Positions 37,090 to 47,158 of a stretch of DNA of 64,000 nt are shown here, piece after piece (the first letter of the stretch is position 1; every line of letters begins with the position of its first letter). The notes under the pieces are model-generated. The model was not told the origin of the DNA. It searched no databases and saw nothing but the letters and a program-made list of their open reading frames with translations. The position numbers were made by a program, and so were the translations under genes. The stretch is from Candidatus Krumholzibacteriota bacterium (GTDB lineage: Bacteria > Krumholzibacteriota > Krumholzibacteriia > JAJRXK01): positions 1 to 64,000 of the forward strand of contig CAWDWO010000026.1 of NCBI GenBank assembly GCA_963806035.1, read 5' to 3'.

Positions 37090-40000
37090 ATGCGTTCCTT
37101 CTTCTCGAGTCTGCTTCTGCTCACCCTGGTTGGGGTTGGGTCCGCGTCGGCCCAGGAAACGCTCAGCCTGCCTCTGAAAACTTCACTGGACGATCTACAG
37201 CTTTCGGGCACGCCCGCGCCCGACTCCATCGTGCTCCGCGGCGCGCGTGCCGCGCGTCAGGAGGACGGGGGAGGACTTCCGAGCCTCGGCTACTGTCTCG
37301 TCATTCCCGCGGCGAGCCAAGTGCGCTCCGTCGCTCTCGAAGGTGGCAAGGAGCGCCTGGTCGCCGCTGGCGGGACGCTGCGCTCCAGTGGCCTCTCCTG
37401 GATCCAGGCTCCTCAGAGCGAAGAGCAAGGATCCGCGGTGGAGTATCTCGGAGATGCGTGGTGGCACGGGCGCCACTTGATCTATCTGCGCGCAAAGCCT
37501 CTGCGTGTGGATCCACAGAGCGGGGATCTCTACCTGCGCGAGGGAGGCAGGGTCCTCGTCGAGTTGCAGAGTGCGCAAGCGCAGCAGACCGTCGTCCACC
37601 GCATGCTTGCGGATGAGGGGGTTCAAGGCAGAGACCGCGCAGAGCTACTGCGCGCGATCGACAATCCGCAGGATCTGGATCGTTTCAGTCCCGCACCTCC
37701 GCTCGAAGAGTCCAGCTCTCAGAAGACGGCAGCGCTGGCGCCGAGTAACAAGACTCCCAGCATCCTCACCGGGCCCTACCGTTATCTCGTGATCACGCGC
37801 GACGCACTGGTCCCGCAGTTTCAGCGCCTCGCAGAGCTCAGAGAAGAACAGGGCCTCCCCTCGATCGTGGTGAGCGTGGAAGAGATCGAGGCCAACGGGC
37901 GGCATGGATTGGATCTTGCCGAGACCATTCGCCTCTACCTGCAGGATGCCTACGAGAAGTGGGGGGTCGATTACGTCCTGCTCGGCGGCGACACCGAGCT
38001 CATTCCCACCCGTTACGTCAGCTCGACTTACTACCCTCCGGGGGGTGAAAGTCAAATTCCGGCGGATTTCTACTACGCGGGGCTCGACGGAAACTGGAAC
38101 GCGGATGGGGACGCGACCTTCGGAGAACCTTTCGTCACCGGAGCCGATCCCGGCGACTATTGCGACTTCGTGCCGGAAGTCGCGCTGGGAAGGGCTCCGG
38201 TCAATACGGTCGAGGAAGCCACGGTCTTCGTGGACAAGGTGCTGGCCTACGAGAGCGGGGCGAATGGCGATCGTTTCGCGCGCGCGCTCTTTGGCAGCGA
38301 AGTGCTCTTTCCGCAGGGATGGCAGCCCGGCGATCCCATCATTCGCGACGGCGCGTCCTTCAGCGAGACCTTGGTGGCCAGCATCCAGGTGGCGCGGCCC
38401 GGCGAGTACACTCTCACCCGACGCTACCAGAACTACACGAGCTATCCGGGAGCGGTGGAGGAGACGCGCGCCGGGATACTCTCCGATCTCAACGCGGGAA
38501 GCTATGGCCTGTTTCACCACATCGGCCACGGCTTCTATTACAACATGAGCGTCGGAGACAAGAACATTCTCGTGAGCGACGCCGACGCCTTGAGCAACGG
38601 ATCGTCCACCTTCGTGCTCATTGCCCTCAACTGCGACTCGGCCGCATTCGACTTCGACTGTCTCCTGGAACGCTTCCTGCGCAACCCCAACGGCGGCGCG
38701 GTGGCCTGTATCGGATCTTCTCGCGCAGCTTTCGACAACACCACGAACAGCTATCAACAAGCGCTGTACAAGGCGCTCTTCGCCGCGCGCCGTCAGCGAC
38801 TGGGCGATGCAATTTTGGAGAGCCGTCTGGGATACGCGGTGGATACTTTCTACAACTCGGTCGACCGCTGGACTCAACTCGTCTACACGCTGCTGGGCGA
38901 TCCCGCCATGCGCATGTGGACGGCCAGCCCCAAGGCCATCACGGTGAGCGCTCCCAGCACGGTGCAGGTGGGCAGCGGGCCCCTTGCGGTCACGGTGAAC
39001 GAGACTCAGGGCGGTGGAGTGGATTCGGTGGCGGTGGTGCTGCGCAAAGCGGGGGAGAGCCTGGTGGCGGGATGGACGGACGCCAGCGGGCAGCTGAGCC
39101 TTCCCTTTGCGCCCAAGGAGGCGGGGAGCTGGACCCTGTACGTGAACGGGCGCGACGTCATGCCCGACAGCATGACGGTGGAGGTCACTTCGGCCACGCA
39201 GGCGCAGCTCGCCCTTGCGGGCTTCACCCTGGACGACACGCAGGGCAACGGCAACGGCATCGCCGAGGCCGGAGAGTTGGTCAGCATTCTGCCCACTCTG
39301 GTCAACGGCGGGCAGAGCCCGTCGGCGGCGGGGACACTCAGCTTGAACTGCGAGGACCCCGGCGTCACTCTGGTGCAGGACCAGGCGAGCTTTTCGCCTG
39401 TGACGGGAGAGAGTTCCCACGCGGCCGATAGCGCATTCAGCGTTCAGCTCGCCGCGGATCTCCCCGACGCCACTCGCCTGCACTTCCTGGTGGCCATCGA
39501 CGAGGATGGCGGTGCGCACTTCGAGGATTCATTCGATCTCACTCTCTCGGGCGCAAAGCTCGAGATCGTCTCTCTCGATCTGGACGACAGCTCGGGCAAC
39601 CAGGACGGAATCCTGGATCCCGGCGAACAGGTCTTCTTGAATTTCACCCTGAAGAACTTCGGAACGGCCAGAGTCGATTCGGTGAACGGCGTGCTGCGCT
39701 CGCTGGATCCGGCGGCGACGGTCATCGACTCCACCGCGCACTGGGGACTCTTCGACGGCGTCCTGAGCAGCCAGGACAACGCGCTGGATCCCTTCGCGGT
39801 ACAGGAGAGCGATACCGCGAGCCCCCATCTCTATCGACTGCTTTTGAGCGAGAGCTCGGGCGCGACGCGCTCCTTCGAGTTCGATTTGCGTCGTCCCGCC
39901 GCGCTCACCGGACTCGCACCCGGTCTCGCACAGGCGGGGTCGGTGCTCTTGCATTGGGATCCCTCGAGCGCGGCCGATCTTCTGGGCTACCAGGTGGAGA

Positions 40001-41853
40001 GACGCGTGAAGGGAGAGAGCGCCTGGGTTTCGGCCAACCCCGATCTTTTGCAAGCGGGTTCGGTGTTCTTGGACGAGGGACTGCCCGACCGCACCAGCTT
40101 CGAGTACCGCGTGCGCGCGGTCGATCGCGCCGGACTCGCCGGTCCGGCCTCGCAGATCGTCACCGCGGTCACTCCTCCTCCTGAAGTGGGTTGCTTTCCC
40201 CTGCCCATCGATCAGGAGACCAGTGGAGCCTCGGCGGTGGGGGACGTGGACGGCGACGGCGTACTCGACCTGGCGGTGGGCTCGGGCCACATCTACCTGA
40301 TCGACGGCCTGTGCCGCGAGAAGGTGGACGGGGACGACAATGCGCAGACTTTCGGACCACTCTCCGCTGTCGATGGAGGCTTCCAGCCTTCCGGCATGTC
40401 CCTGGGGAATCTGGATCAGAGTGGAACGGACCTGCAGATCGTGGGCGAGAACTGGACGAGCCACGAGATCTACGTGTACAACGCCGACGGCAGTCTGCAG
40501 AGCGGCTGGCCGCAGCCCCTCTACTCCAAGGCCTGGACTACCGCGGTACTGGGCGATCTCGACCAGGATGGGACTCTGGAAATCGTCACCAACGACATCA
40601 GCGGATACACCTACGCCTTCCACATGGACGGCAGCGAGGTGGCCGACGGAGACCTGGATGCCGGCACCAAGGGACCCATCGCGCCGCGCCGCGATGGAGA
40701 GAGTTACGGCCGCACCACGCCGGCGCTCTACGACGTGGATGGCGACGGCAAGCTCGAGATTCTCTTCGGCTCGAAGTTCTTGAATGGCGCTCCGGAGTAC
40801 TTCTATGCGCTCAAGGCAGACGGGAGCGGCAATGCGATGGGCTGGCCCAAGAACCTGGGCCCGGGCGCGTCGTTCCTCGCGAGCCCCGCGGTGGGTGATC
40901 TGGACAACTTTGGGCAGATGGAGATCGTGGCGCCCTGTGAGAACGACAGTCTCTACGTGTGGGAAGCGGATGGCAGCCGATACGGGAATTTCCCGGTGTA
41001 CCTGCACGCGCGCTCGGTCGACTTGGATAGCTTGGCCCCCTCGCCGGCTCTGGCCGATTTCGACGGTGATGGGTATCTGGAGATCGTGGCCGTCTCCATC
41101 GACTCGCGTTCGGAGGCCGGCGTCTTCGTCTTCGACCATCTCGGAAACGTGCTTCCGGGCTGGCCGCAGGTGGTGCCCGGACTCTCCGAAGGTAGCCCGG
41201 TGGTGGCGGATCTCGACGGCGACCAATCGCCGGACATCGTGTTCGGCATCGGCGGCGGCACGGACAACCTGCCCAGCCTACTCTACGTGTGGCATGCGGA
41301 CGGCACGGTCTTCGAGGGCTTTCCTTTCCCCCTGGAGGGCTTCATCCGCGCCACTCCGACTCTCTGCGATTTCAACGGAGACGGCAAAGCCAACATCGTG
41401 CTGGCGACCTGGGACCGGCTCATCCACGTGTGGGACATGGGGGGCGCCTACAATCCTTCGTTCTTCGCGCCCTGGCCCACCTTCCACCAGAACGCGCGCA
41501 GGGACGGCGTCTACTCTCCGGCTCCTCACTTCGCGCGCTCGGGCGGAGACGATCCTTCGAGCGTGACGCAGCCACGGCTCGCACCGAATGCTCCCAACCC
41601 CTTCAATCCCGCCACCACAGTCCGCTTCGAGCTTCCCGGCGGCGGCGCCCGCCGTTGCGAAGTGACGATCTACGACGTGGCGGGGCGGGCGGTGCGAGCG
41701 CTTCTGCGCGCTCCCCTCGCGGCGGGCCCGCACGAAGTTCGCTGGGATGGACGCGACGACGGCGGAAGGAGCGTGGCCTCTGGAGTGTACTTCGCCCGCC
41801 TGCTCGTCGAAGGCTTCACGGCCCAGAGCCAGAAGATGGTCCTCGCGCGCTGA
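37090..41853 (+). CDS. Second C25 gingipain-like peptidase (paralog, same architecture)
   Basis: Signal peptide; YVLLGGD, HHIGHGFYYNMSVGDKNI, ALNCDS, LLGDP; FG-GAP repeats; PNPFNPAT...VASGVYF. Confidence 0.9.
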   Translation: MRSFFSSLLLLTLVGVGSASAQETLSLPLKTSLDDLQLSGTPAPDSIVLRGARAARQEDGGGLPSLGYCLVIPAASQVRSVALEGGKERLVAAGGTLRSSGLSWIQAPQSEEQGSAVEYLGDAWWHGRHLIYLRAKPLRVDPQSGDLYLREGGRVLVELQSAQAQQTVVHRMLADEGVQGRDRAELLRAIDNPQDLDRFSPAPPLEESSSQKTAALAPSNKTPSILTGPYRYLVITRDALVPQFQRLAELREEQGLPSIVVSVEEIEANGRHGLDLAETIRLYLQDAYEKWGVDYVLLGGDTELIPTRYVSSTYYPPGGESQIPADFYYAGLDGNWNADGDATFGEPFVTGADPGDYCDFVPEVALGRAPVNTVEEATVFVDKVLAYESGANGDRFARALFGSEVLFPQGWQPGDPIIRDGASFSETLVASIQVARPGEYTLTRRYQNYTSYPGAVEETRAGILSDLNAGSYGLFHHIGHGFYYNMSVGDKNILVSDADALSNGSSTFVLIALNCDSAAFDFDCLLERFLRNPNGGAVACIGSSRAAFDNTTNSYQQALYKALFAARRQRLGDAILESRLGYAVDTFYNSVDRWTQLVYTLLGDPAMRMWTASPKAITVSAPSTVQVGSGPLAVTVNETQGGGVDSVAVVLRKAGESLVAGWTDASGQLSLPFAPKEAGSWTLYVNGRDVMPDSMTVEVTSATQAQLALAGFTLDDTQGNGNGIAEAGELVSILPTLVNGGQSPSAAGTLSLNCEDPGVTLVQDQASFSPVTGESSHAADSAFSVQLAADLPDATRLHFLVAIDEDGGAHFEDSFDLTLSGAKLEIVSLDLDDSSGNQDGILDPGEQVFLNFTLKNFGTARVDSVNGVLRSLDPAATVIDSTAHWGLFDGVLSSQDNALDPFAVQESDTASPHLYRLLLSESSGATRSFEFDLRRPAALTGLAPGLAQAGSVLLHWDPSSAADLLGYQVERRVKGESAWVSANPDLLQAGSVFLDEGLPDRTSFEYRVRAVDRAGLAGPASQIVTAVTPPPEVGCFPLPIDQETSGASAVGDVDGDGVLDLAVGSGHIYLIDGLCREKVDGDDNAQTFGPLSAVDGGFQPSGMSLGNLDQSGTDLQIVGENWTSHEIYVYNADGSLQSGWPQPLYSKAWTTAVLGDLDQDGTLEIVTNDISGYTYAFHMDGSEVADGDLDAGTKGPIAPRRDGESYGRTTPALYDVDGDGKLEILFGSKFLNGAPEYFYALKADGSGNAMGWPKNLGPGASFLASPAVGDLDNFGQMEIVAPCENDSLYVWEADGSRYGNFPVYLHARSVDLDSLAPSPALADFDGDGYLEIVAVSIDSRSEAGVFVFDHLGNVLPGWPQVVPGLSEGSPVVADLDGDQSPDIVFGIGGGTDNLPSLLYVWHADGTVFEGFPFPLEGFIRATPTLCDFNGDGKANIVLATWDRLIHVWDMGGAYNPSFFAPWPTFHQNARRDGVYSPAPHFARSGGDDPSSVTQPRLAPNAPNPFNPATTVRFELPGGGARRCEVTIYDVAGRAVRALLRAPLAAGPHEVRWDGRDDGGRSVASGVYFARLLVEGFTAQSQKMVLAR

Positions 41854-41999
41854 GAGAGCGCAGTCCATTTGACACTTTGCCCTTGCCGCGCTTTCGTTGC
41901 GCGGAACTCGCGCGTTGAAGATGCGTAAGGGGATTCGCTGCGATCTGCGAGCGATCTCCCTCGCGTCGCGCTGGCTTCTCGAATGGAGGAGTGGTTTCC

Positions 42000-44597
42000 G
42001 TGGACATGAATCGGCTTACGGAAAAATCCAAAGAGGCATTGGCGCAAGCGCAGGGCCGGGCGGTCAAGCTGGGGCACCAGAGCGTGGACGTCCAGCACCT
42101 GCTGAAGGCTCTCCTGCACCAGGAGGAAGGCCTGTTGCCGCGCCTGCTCAAGCGCATGGACATTCCCATGGCCATGCTCGAAGAACCCCTGGAAAAAGAA
42201 TTGAGGGCGATGCCCAAGGTCTCCGGTCCGGGCAGTGAGGGGCAGCTCTACGCGGCGCCGCGCCTGCAACAGGTTCTGGATGACGCGGCGGAGGAAGCCA
42301 AGCGTCTGGGAGACGATTACAGCTCGGTGGAGCATCTGCTTCTGGCCATGATCGAGTTGGGCAAGGACCACCCGGTGGGCCGGCTGCTGAAGCAGGCGGG
42401 CATGACGCGCGAGCGGCTGCTGAGCGCGCTGCAGCAGGTGCGCGGCGGTCAGAAAGTGAGTTCCCAGAATCCCGAGGAGACCTACGAAGTCCTGGAGCGC
42501 TTCGGCAGCGACCTGGTGGAGCTGGCGCGCTCGGGGAAGATGGACCCGGTGATCGGACGCGATGCGGAGATTCGCAGGGTGGCGCGCGTGCTCTCGCGCA
42601 AGACCAAGAACAACCCCGTGCTCATCGGCGAACCCGGAGTGGGAAAGACCGCGATCGTGGAAGGCCTGGCCCAGCGCATCGTGCGCGGCGATCTGCCGGC
42701 CTGGTTGAAGGACTGCAGCATCTTCTCCCTGGACATCGGTTCTCTGCTCGCCGGCGCGAAGTACCGCGGCGAATTCGAGGAGAGGCTCAAGGCGGTCTTG
42801 AACGAGATCAAGCGCAGCGAGGGGCGGATTCTCCTGTTCATCGACGAACTGCACACCATCGTGGGCGCGGGACAGACCGAAGGCAGCACTGACGCGGGAA
42901 ATCTCCTCAAGCCCATGCTGGCGCGCGGAGAGTTGCACTGTATCGGCGCGACCACTCTCGACGAGTACCGCAAGCACGTGGAGAAGGACGCCGCTCTGGA
43001 AAGGCGCTTTCAGCCCATCCAGGTCGACGCTCCCAGCGTGGAGGACACCATCTCCATCTTGCGCGGACTCAAGGAGCGCTACCAGGTGCACCACGGAGTG
43101 CGCATCCAGGACAACGCGCTCGTCGCGGCTGCAACCCTATCCGACCGCTACATCAGCGACCGCTTCCTGCCCGACAAGGCGATCGATCTGGTCGACGAAG
43201 CCTGCGCCCTGATCCGCACCGAAATCGATTCGATGCCGCAGGAACTCGATGAAGTTTCGCGGCGCATCATGCAGCTCGAGATCGAGGAAGCCGCTCTCAA
43301 GAAGGAAGAGGACGAGGGCAGCCGCCGCCGTTTGAAGGACCTGGGCAAGGAGCTCTCCACCTTGCGCGAGCGCGAGGGCGAAATGCGGATGCAGTGGGAG
43401 AACGAAAAGGAGGCCATCGAGGGCGTGCGTTCGCTGCGCGAAGCGATCGAGCTGGCGCGGCAGCAGGTCGTCGAAGCCGAGAGGTCCTACGACCTGGAGA
43501 AGGCCGCCACGCTCAAGCACGGACAGATTCCCAAGTTGCAATCGCAGCTGGAGGAGGCTCAGCGCAAGCTGGAGGAGCGGCAGGAGGGAGACGCCCTCTT
43601 GCGCGAGGAGGTCACCGAGGAAGAGATCGCGGAGATCGTGGCCAAGTGGACGGGCATTCCCGTCACGCGCCTCATGGAAGGGGAGCGGGAGAAGCTTCTG
43701 CGTCTGGATTCGATCCTCCACGAAAGGGTCATCGGACAGGACGAGGCGGTGCAGAGGGTGGCGGATGCCGTCCTGCGCGCGCGCAGCGGAATCAAGGACC
43801 CGCGCCGTCCCATCGGCAGCTTCATTTTCTTGGGGCCCACCGGGGTCGGGAAGACGGAGTTGGCCAAGACTCTGGCCGGAGCGCTCTTTGACAGCCGCGA
43901 CAATCTGGTGCGCATCGACATGTCCGAGTACATGGAGAAACACGCGGTCGCGCGGCTCATCGGCGCGCCGCCGGGGTATGTCGGCTACGAGGAGGGCGGA
44001 CAGCTCACCGAAGCGGTGCGCCGCAAGCCCTACACCGTGGTCCTCTTCGACGAGATCGAGAAGGCGCACGCCGACGTCTTCCACGTCCTGTTGCAGATTC
44101 TGGACGACGGCCGTCTCACCGACAGCAAGGGCCGCACCGTCGATTTCAAGAACACCGTGATCATCATGACCTCCAATCTGGGCAGCCAGGAGCTTCTGAG
44201 CGGGGTGAACGAGGAAGGTGAGATCACCGAGGCCGCGCGCCAAGTGGTGTTGGGGCAACTTCGCGCGCATTTCCGGCCCGAGTTTCTCAACCGCGTCGAC
44301 GAGATCATCCTGTTCAAGCCGCTTCACCGCGACGAGATCGAGCAGATCGTGAAGCTCATGATCGAGGATCTCAAAATTAGGCTCAAAGAGCGCAACATCA
44401 CGCTCACCCTCAGCCCGGAGGCGCTGAGCCTCATCGCGGCCGAGGGTTTTGATCCCGTCTTCGGGGCGCGGCCGCTGAAGCGCTATCTGCAGCGAGAGCT
44501 GGAGACGCGCTTGAGCCGCGCGCTGATCGCGGGCACCATCGAGGACGGCAGCGAGGTCAAGGTGGGGGTGAAGGACGCCCAGCTCACTCTCGACTGA
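42000..44597 (+). CDS. clpB: ATP-dependent chaperone ClpB
   Basis: [19 protein letters not shown], coiled-coil M domain, [35 protein letters not shown] before GTG 42000. Confidence 0.97.
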   Translation: MDMNRLTEKSKEALAQAQGRAVKLGHQSVDVQHLLKALLHQEEGLLPRLLKRMDIPMAMLEEPLEKELRAMPKVSGPGSEGQLYAAPRLQQVLDDAAEEAKRLGDDYSSVEHLLLAMIELGKDHPVGRLLKQAGMTRERLLSALQQVRGGQKVSSQNPEETYEVLERFGSDLVELARSGKMDPVIGRDAEIRRVARVLSRKTKNNPVLIGEPGVGKTAIVEGLAQRIVRGDLPAWLKDCSIFSLDIGSLLAGAKYRGEFEERLKAVLNEIKRSEGRILLFIDELHTIVGAGQTEGSTDAGNLLKPMLARGELHCIGATTLDEYRKHVEKDAALERRFQPIQVDAPSVEDTISILRGLKERYQVHHGVRIQDNALVAAATLSDRYISDRFLPDKAIDLVDEACALIRTEIDSMPQELDEVSRRIMQLEIEEAALKKEEDEGSRRRLKDLGKELSTLREREGEMRMQWENEKEAIEGVRSLREAIELARQQVVEAERSYDLEKAATLKHGQIPKLQSQLEEAQRKLEERQEGDALLREEVTEEEIAEIVAKWTGIPVTRLMEGEREKLLRLDSILHERVIGQDEAVQRVADAVLRARSGIKDPRRPIGSFIFLGPTGVGKTELAKTLAGALFDSRDNLVRIDMSEYMEKHAVARLIGAPPGYVGYEEGGQLTEAVRRKPYTVVLFDEIEKAHADVFHVLLQILDDGRLTDSKGRTVDFKNTVIIMTSNLGSQELLSGVNEEGEITEAARQVVLGQLRAHFRPEFLNRVDEIILFKPLHRDEIEQIVKLMIEDLKIRLKERNITLTLSPEALSLIAAEGFDPVFGARPLKRYLQRELETRLSRALIAGTIEDGSEVKVGVKDAQLTLD

Positions 44598-44707
44598 GGC
44601 GAGCCAACAACGCCTGGCTTGCAGCCGCGTGTCCTTCACTGTAAAGTTACCAGGCGTAATCCCCCGTATACGCACATCCTCCGAGGAAGGAACGCGTGGT
44701 GTCACGC

Positions 44708-44998
44708 ATGGCTCAAAGCCGTCGCTATACGGGCCTGGCCGCAGTTCTGGCCAGTCTGGCCATCGCGGTCCTGGTAGGCACTCCCTTCCTCCTGCAGTAT
44801 CACCATCACTCCGACTTTCACGAGAATCCCCGCTGCGCCATCTGCGTATTCGCCTGCGCGCACGTAACACCCCCTTCGGCGCCTTTGGCGCTGGCTCCTC
44901 CACCGATCAGCGTCACCGTGGTGGCGATCCCGGCGCAAATCCTCGCCTCGAGATTTCACGTTCGTACTCCGAGCGTGCGTGGACCTCCCAGAGTCTGA
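44708..44998 (+). CDS. DUF2946/CruR/CutF-like leader peptide (TM, HHH, CxxC, C-terminal RGPP)
   Basis: MAQSRRYTGLAAVLASLAIAVLVG...YHHHSDFHENPRCAIC...SVRGPPRV*, 96 aa, immediately upstream of metal-uptake genes. Confidence 0.75.
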   Translation: MAQSRRYTGLAAVLASLAIAVLVGTPFLLQYHHHSDFHENPRCAICVFACAHVTPPSAPLALAPPPISVTVVAIPAQILASRFHVRTPSVRGPPRV

Positions 44999-45048
44999 AA
45001 ACCCGCGAAATCCATTCGTTACGAGTTTTGACTCTGTTTAGGAGGTTC
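44981..45048 (+). promoter_or_regulatory. mRNA hairpin sequestering the downstream Shine-Dalgarno
   Basis: GGACCTCC(44981-88)/GGAGGTTC(45041-48); CAGAGTC(44989-95)/GACTCTG(45030-36); AAAAC(44998-45002)/GTTTT(45025-29); CGAA/TTCG apical stem. Confidence 0.7.
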
Positions 45049-45055
45049 ATTGCGC

Positions 45056-46165
45056 ATGAAACTGTGCGTACGCGCTTGCACGGGCGTGTGTGCGGTCTTT
45101 GCCTTGGTACTTTTTACCTCGGCGAGTTCCGCGCAGACCACGCGCTCGATTTTTTCCAATTTGACCAACCCGTCCATCGGGATGAACGCGCTCTTTTCCG
45201 GTCAGGTCGCCCCGGACATCGACGCCCCCTACACGCTCCTCGACTTCCAAGGGGCCGACCTCAGCATGATCTCGGTGGTGGATCCCTACTGGACCTTCTG
45301 GGCCAACCTGTCCTTCACTCCCGATGAAGTGGGTCCAGAAGAGATCGTGGCCCGATGTGACCGAATTCCCAATCTCCAGCTGCGGGTGGGAAAGCTGCGC
45401 GCGAAGTTCGGCAAGCACGCGCTGCTGCACCGGCATGCCTTTCCCTTCATCCAGGCTCCCTTGATCGTGGGCAACACCATTGGCGAGGAGGGCTTCAAGG
45501 ACTCCGGAGTGGAAGCCTCGTGGCTGACCCCGGTGTCCTGGTATTCGGAGCTGACAGCGGGCTTCTTCAAGGCCATCGACGAGGACGAGGAGAACCCTCT
45601 GGATTTCGGTTCGATGCGCCGTGAGAACATTCCCTACCTCGCGCATTTCATGAACCAGTTCGACCTCAACGAATCCACCACCCTGGAGCTCGGACAGTCG
45701 TACCTGGCGGGGCGCGGAGCGGATGGTCATCGGCACGCCGTCTTCGGAGCGGACCTCACCGTCCGCAACGTACCGCTGCGTCAATCGAACAGTCGGGGTT
45801 GGATTTTGCAGAGTGAGTACATCCAGAAGGGCTCGTACGTGGGAGGGAAATACATGAAGGAGCAGCGTGGCTGGTACGCCTCGTTCAAGTACCGGCTCTC
45901 GCAGAGATGGTGGCTCGGGGTGCGCGGCGAGCAAGCTCGCGACAGCTACACCGATGTTCTGGTCGATCCCGCCGGCGATCCCGTTGCGGGAAAGCTCAGC
46001 CGGGCTGCGGCGGACATCACCTGGGCGCCCTCGGAGTTCTCCTTTCTGCGTCTCGAGTACAGCATCACCCAGGCCGATGACGGCAACGGGTTCAAGCCCC
46101 AGGACCGCCGCCTTCTGCTGCAGATGAGCACGACCATCGGCTACCACCCGGCCCACGCCTACTAG
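45056..46165 (+). CDS. Outer-membrane beta-barrel associated with Zn/metal uptake
   Basis: Signal peptide, NPSIG, VDPY, alternating beta-strand pattern, SEFSFLRLEY, C-terminal IGYHPAHAY; AGGAGG SD. Confidence 0.7.
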   Translation: MKLCVRACTGVCAVFALVLFTSASSAQTTRSIFSNLTNPSIGMNALFSGQVAPDIDAPYTLLDFQGADLSMISVVDPYWTFWANLSFTPDEVGPEEIVARCDRIPNLQLRVGKLRAKFGKHALLHRHAFPFIQAPLIVGNTIGEEGFKDSGVEASWLTPVSWYSELTAGFFKAIDEDEENPLDFGSMRRENIPYLAHFMNQFDLNESTTLELGQSYLAGRGADGHRHAVFGADLTVRNVPLRQSNSRGWILQSEYIQKGSYVGGKYMKEQRGWYASFKYRLSQRWWLGVRGEQARDSYTDVLVDPAGDPVAGKLSRAAADITWAPSEFSFLRLEYSITQADDGNGFKPQDRRLLLQMSTTIGYHPAHAY

Positions 46166-46222
46166 ACGGACGGGCACCGTGAACGCAACGGGCCTCACCG
46201 GCAACCCATTCTGGAGGAACTC

Positions 46223-47155
46223 ATGAAATCGCTGTTTCGAACCCTGACCCTACTGAGCCTGAGCTTGCTCATGGCCGTGCCAGCGCGGGCCGACCACAAA
46301 TTGCAGGTGGCCACCTCTCTGACCGACCTTGCCTCCGTCGCGCGCTTCGTGGGCGGCGAACACGTGAAGGCTCAGAGCCTGTGCAAGGGCTATCAGGATC
46401 CCCACTACGTGCCCGCCAAACCCAGTCTGATGAAAGCCATCCAGCACGCCGACGTCTACGTCTCGACGGGACTGGAACTGGATATCGGCTGGTTGCCCCT
46501 GGTGCTTCCAGGCAGCCGCAACCCCAAGATCCAACCGGGACGGAAAGGCTACGTGGATGCCTCCGATGGAATCCCGGTCTTGGAGAAGCCGAGCGGTACG
46601 GTGAGCCGCGGCGAGGGAGACGTTCATCCTCTGGGGAATCCACACTATTACGCCGACCCGAAGAACCTCGAGATCGTGGCGGATCATCTGGCGGAGGTTT
46701 TCACCCGGCTCGACCCGGCCAACGCGAGCGATTACCAGGCCAACGCCGAGGCCTTCAAACAGAGGATGGAGAGCTCTCTCGCGAAGTGGGAGAAGCAGAT
46801 GGCGCCCCATGAGGGAGCCGAACTCGTGACCTATCACAAGAACTTCATCTACTTCGCCACCCGCTTCGGTTTGAAGATTTTCGACACGGTCGAAAACAAG
46901 CCCGGTATTCCACCCTCTCCCCGGCATGTGGCCGATCTGGTGGAAGCGATGAAGTCGGCGGGGGTCAAGCTGGTCGTGTATCAGCCCTACTACAACGCCA
47001 AAGTGTGCAAGGAAGTCGCGAAGAGGGCAGACGCTACTGCACTGGAGATCGCCACCGAGTGCGACGGTCTCCCCGGAACGGACGATGTCTTTTCGAAGTT
47101 CGACCTCCTCGTTTCCTCCATCGCCCGGGCTCTGTCCGAGAAGGAAGGCAACTGA
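46223..47155 (+). CDS. Metal ABC transporter substrate-binding protein (ZnuA/TroA cluster A-I)
   Basis: DPHY, GLELD.GW, GNPHY, LDPAN, VTYH, KPGIPPSPRH. Confidence 0.9.
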   Translation: MKSLFRTLTLLSLSLLMAVPARADHKLQVATSLTDLASVARFVGGEHVKAQSLCKGYQDPHYVPAKPSLMKAIQHADVYVSTGLELDIGWLPLVLPGSRNPKIQPGRKGYVDASDGIPVLEKPSGTVSRGEGDVHPLGNPHYYADPKNLEIVADHLAEVFTRLDPANASDYQANAEAFKQRMESSLAKWEKQMAPHEGAELVTYHKNFIYFATRFGLKIFDTVENKPGIPPSPRHVADLVEAMKSAGVKLVVYQPYYNAKVCKEVAKRADATALEIATECDGLPGTDDVFSKFDLLVSSIARALSEKEGN

Positions 47156-47158
47156 ACC

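Noticed and set aside
35400..41450. Recurring GACGGCGACGG-like repeats as a CRISPR or DNA repeat array
   Set aside because: They encode DxDGDG FG-GAP calcium-binding motifs; they are degenerate and irregularly spaced, and no cas genes are present
41854..41999. CIRCE/heat-shock operator upstream of clpB
   Set aside because: No TTAGCACTC-N9-GAGTGCTAA or other clear inverted repeat found
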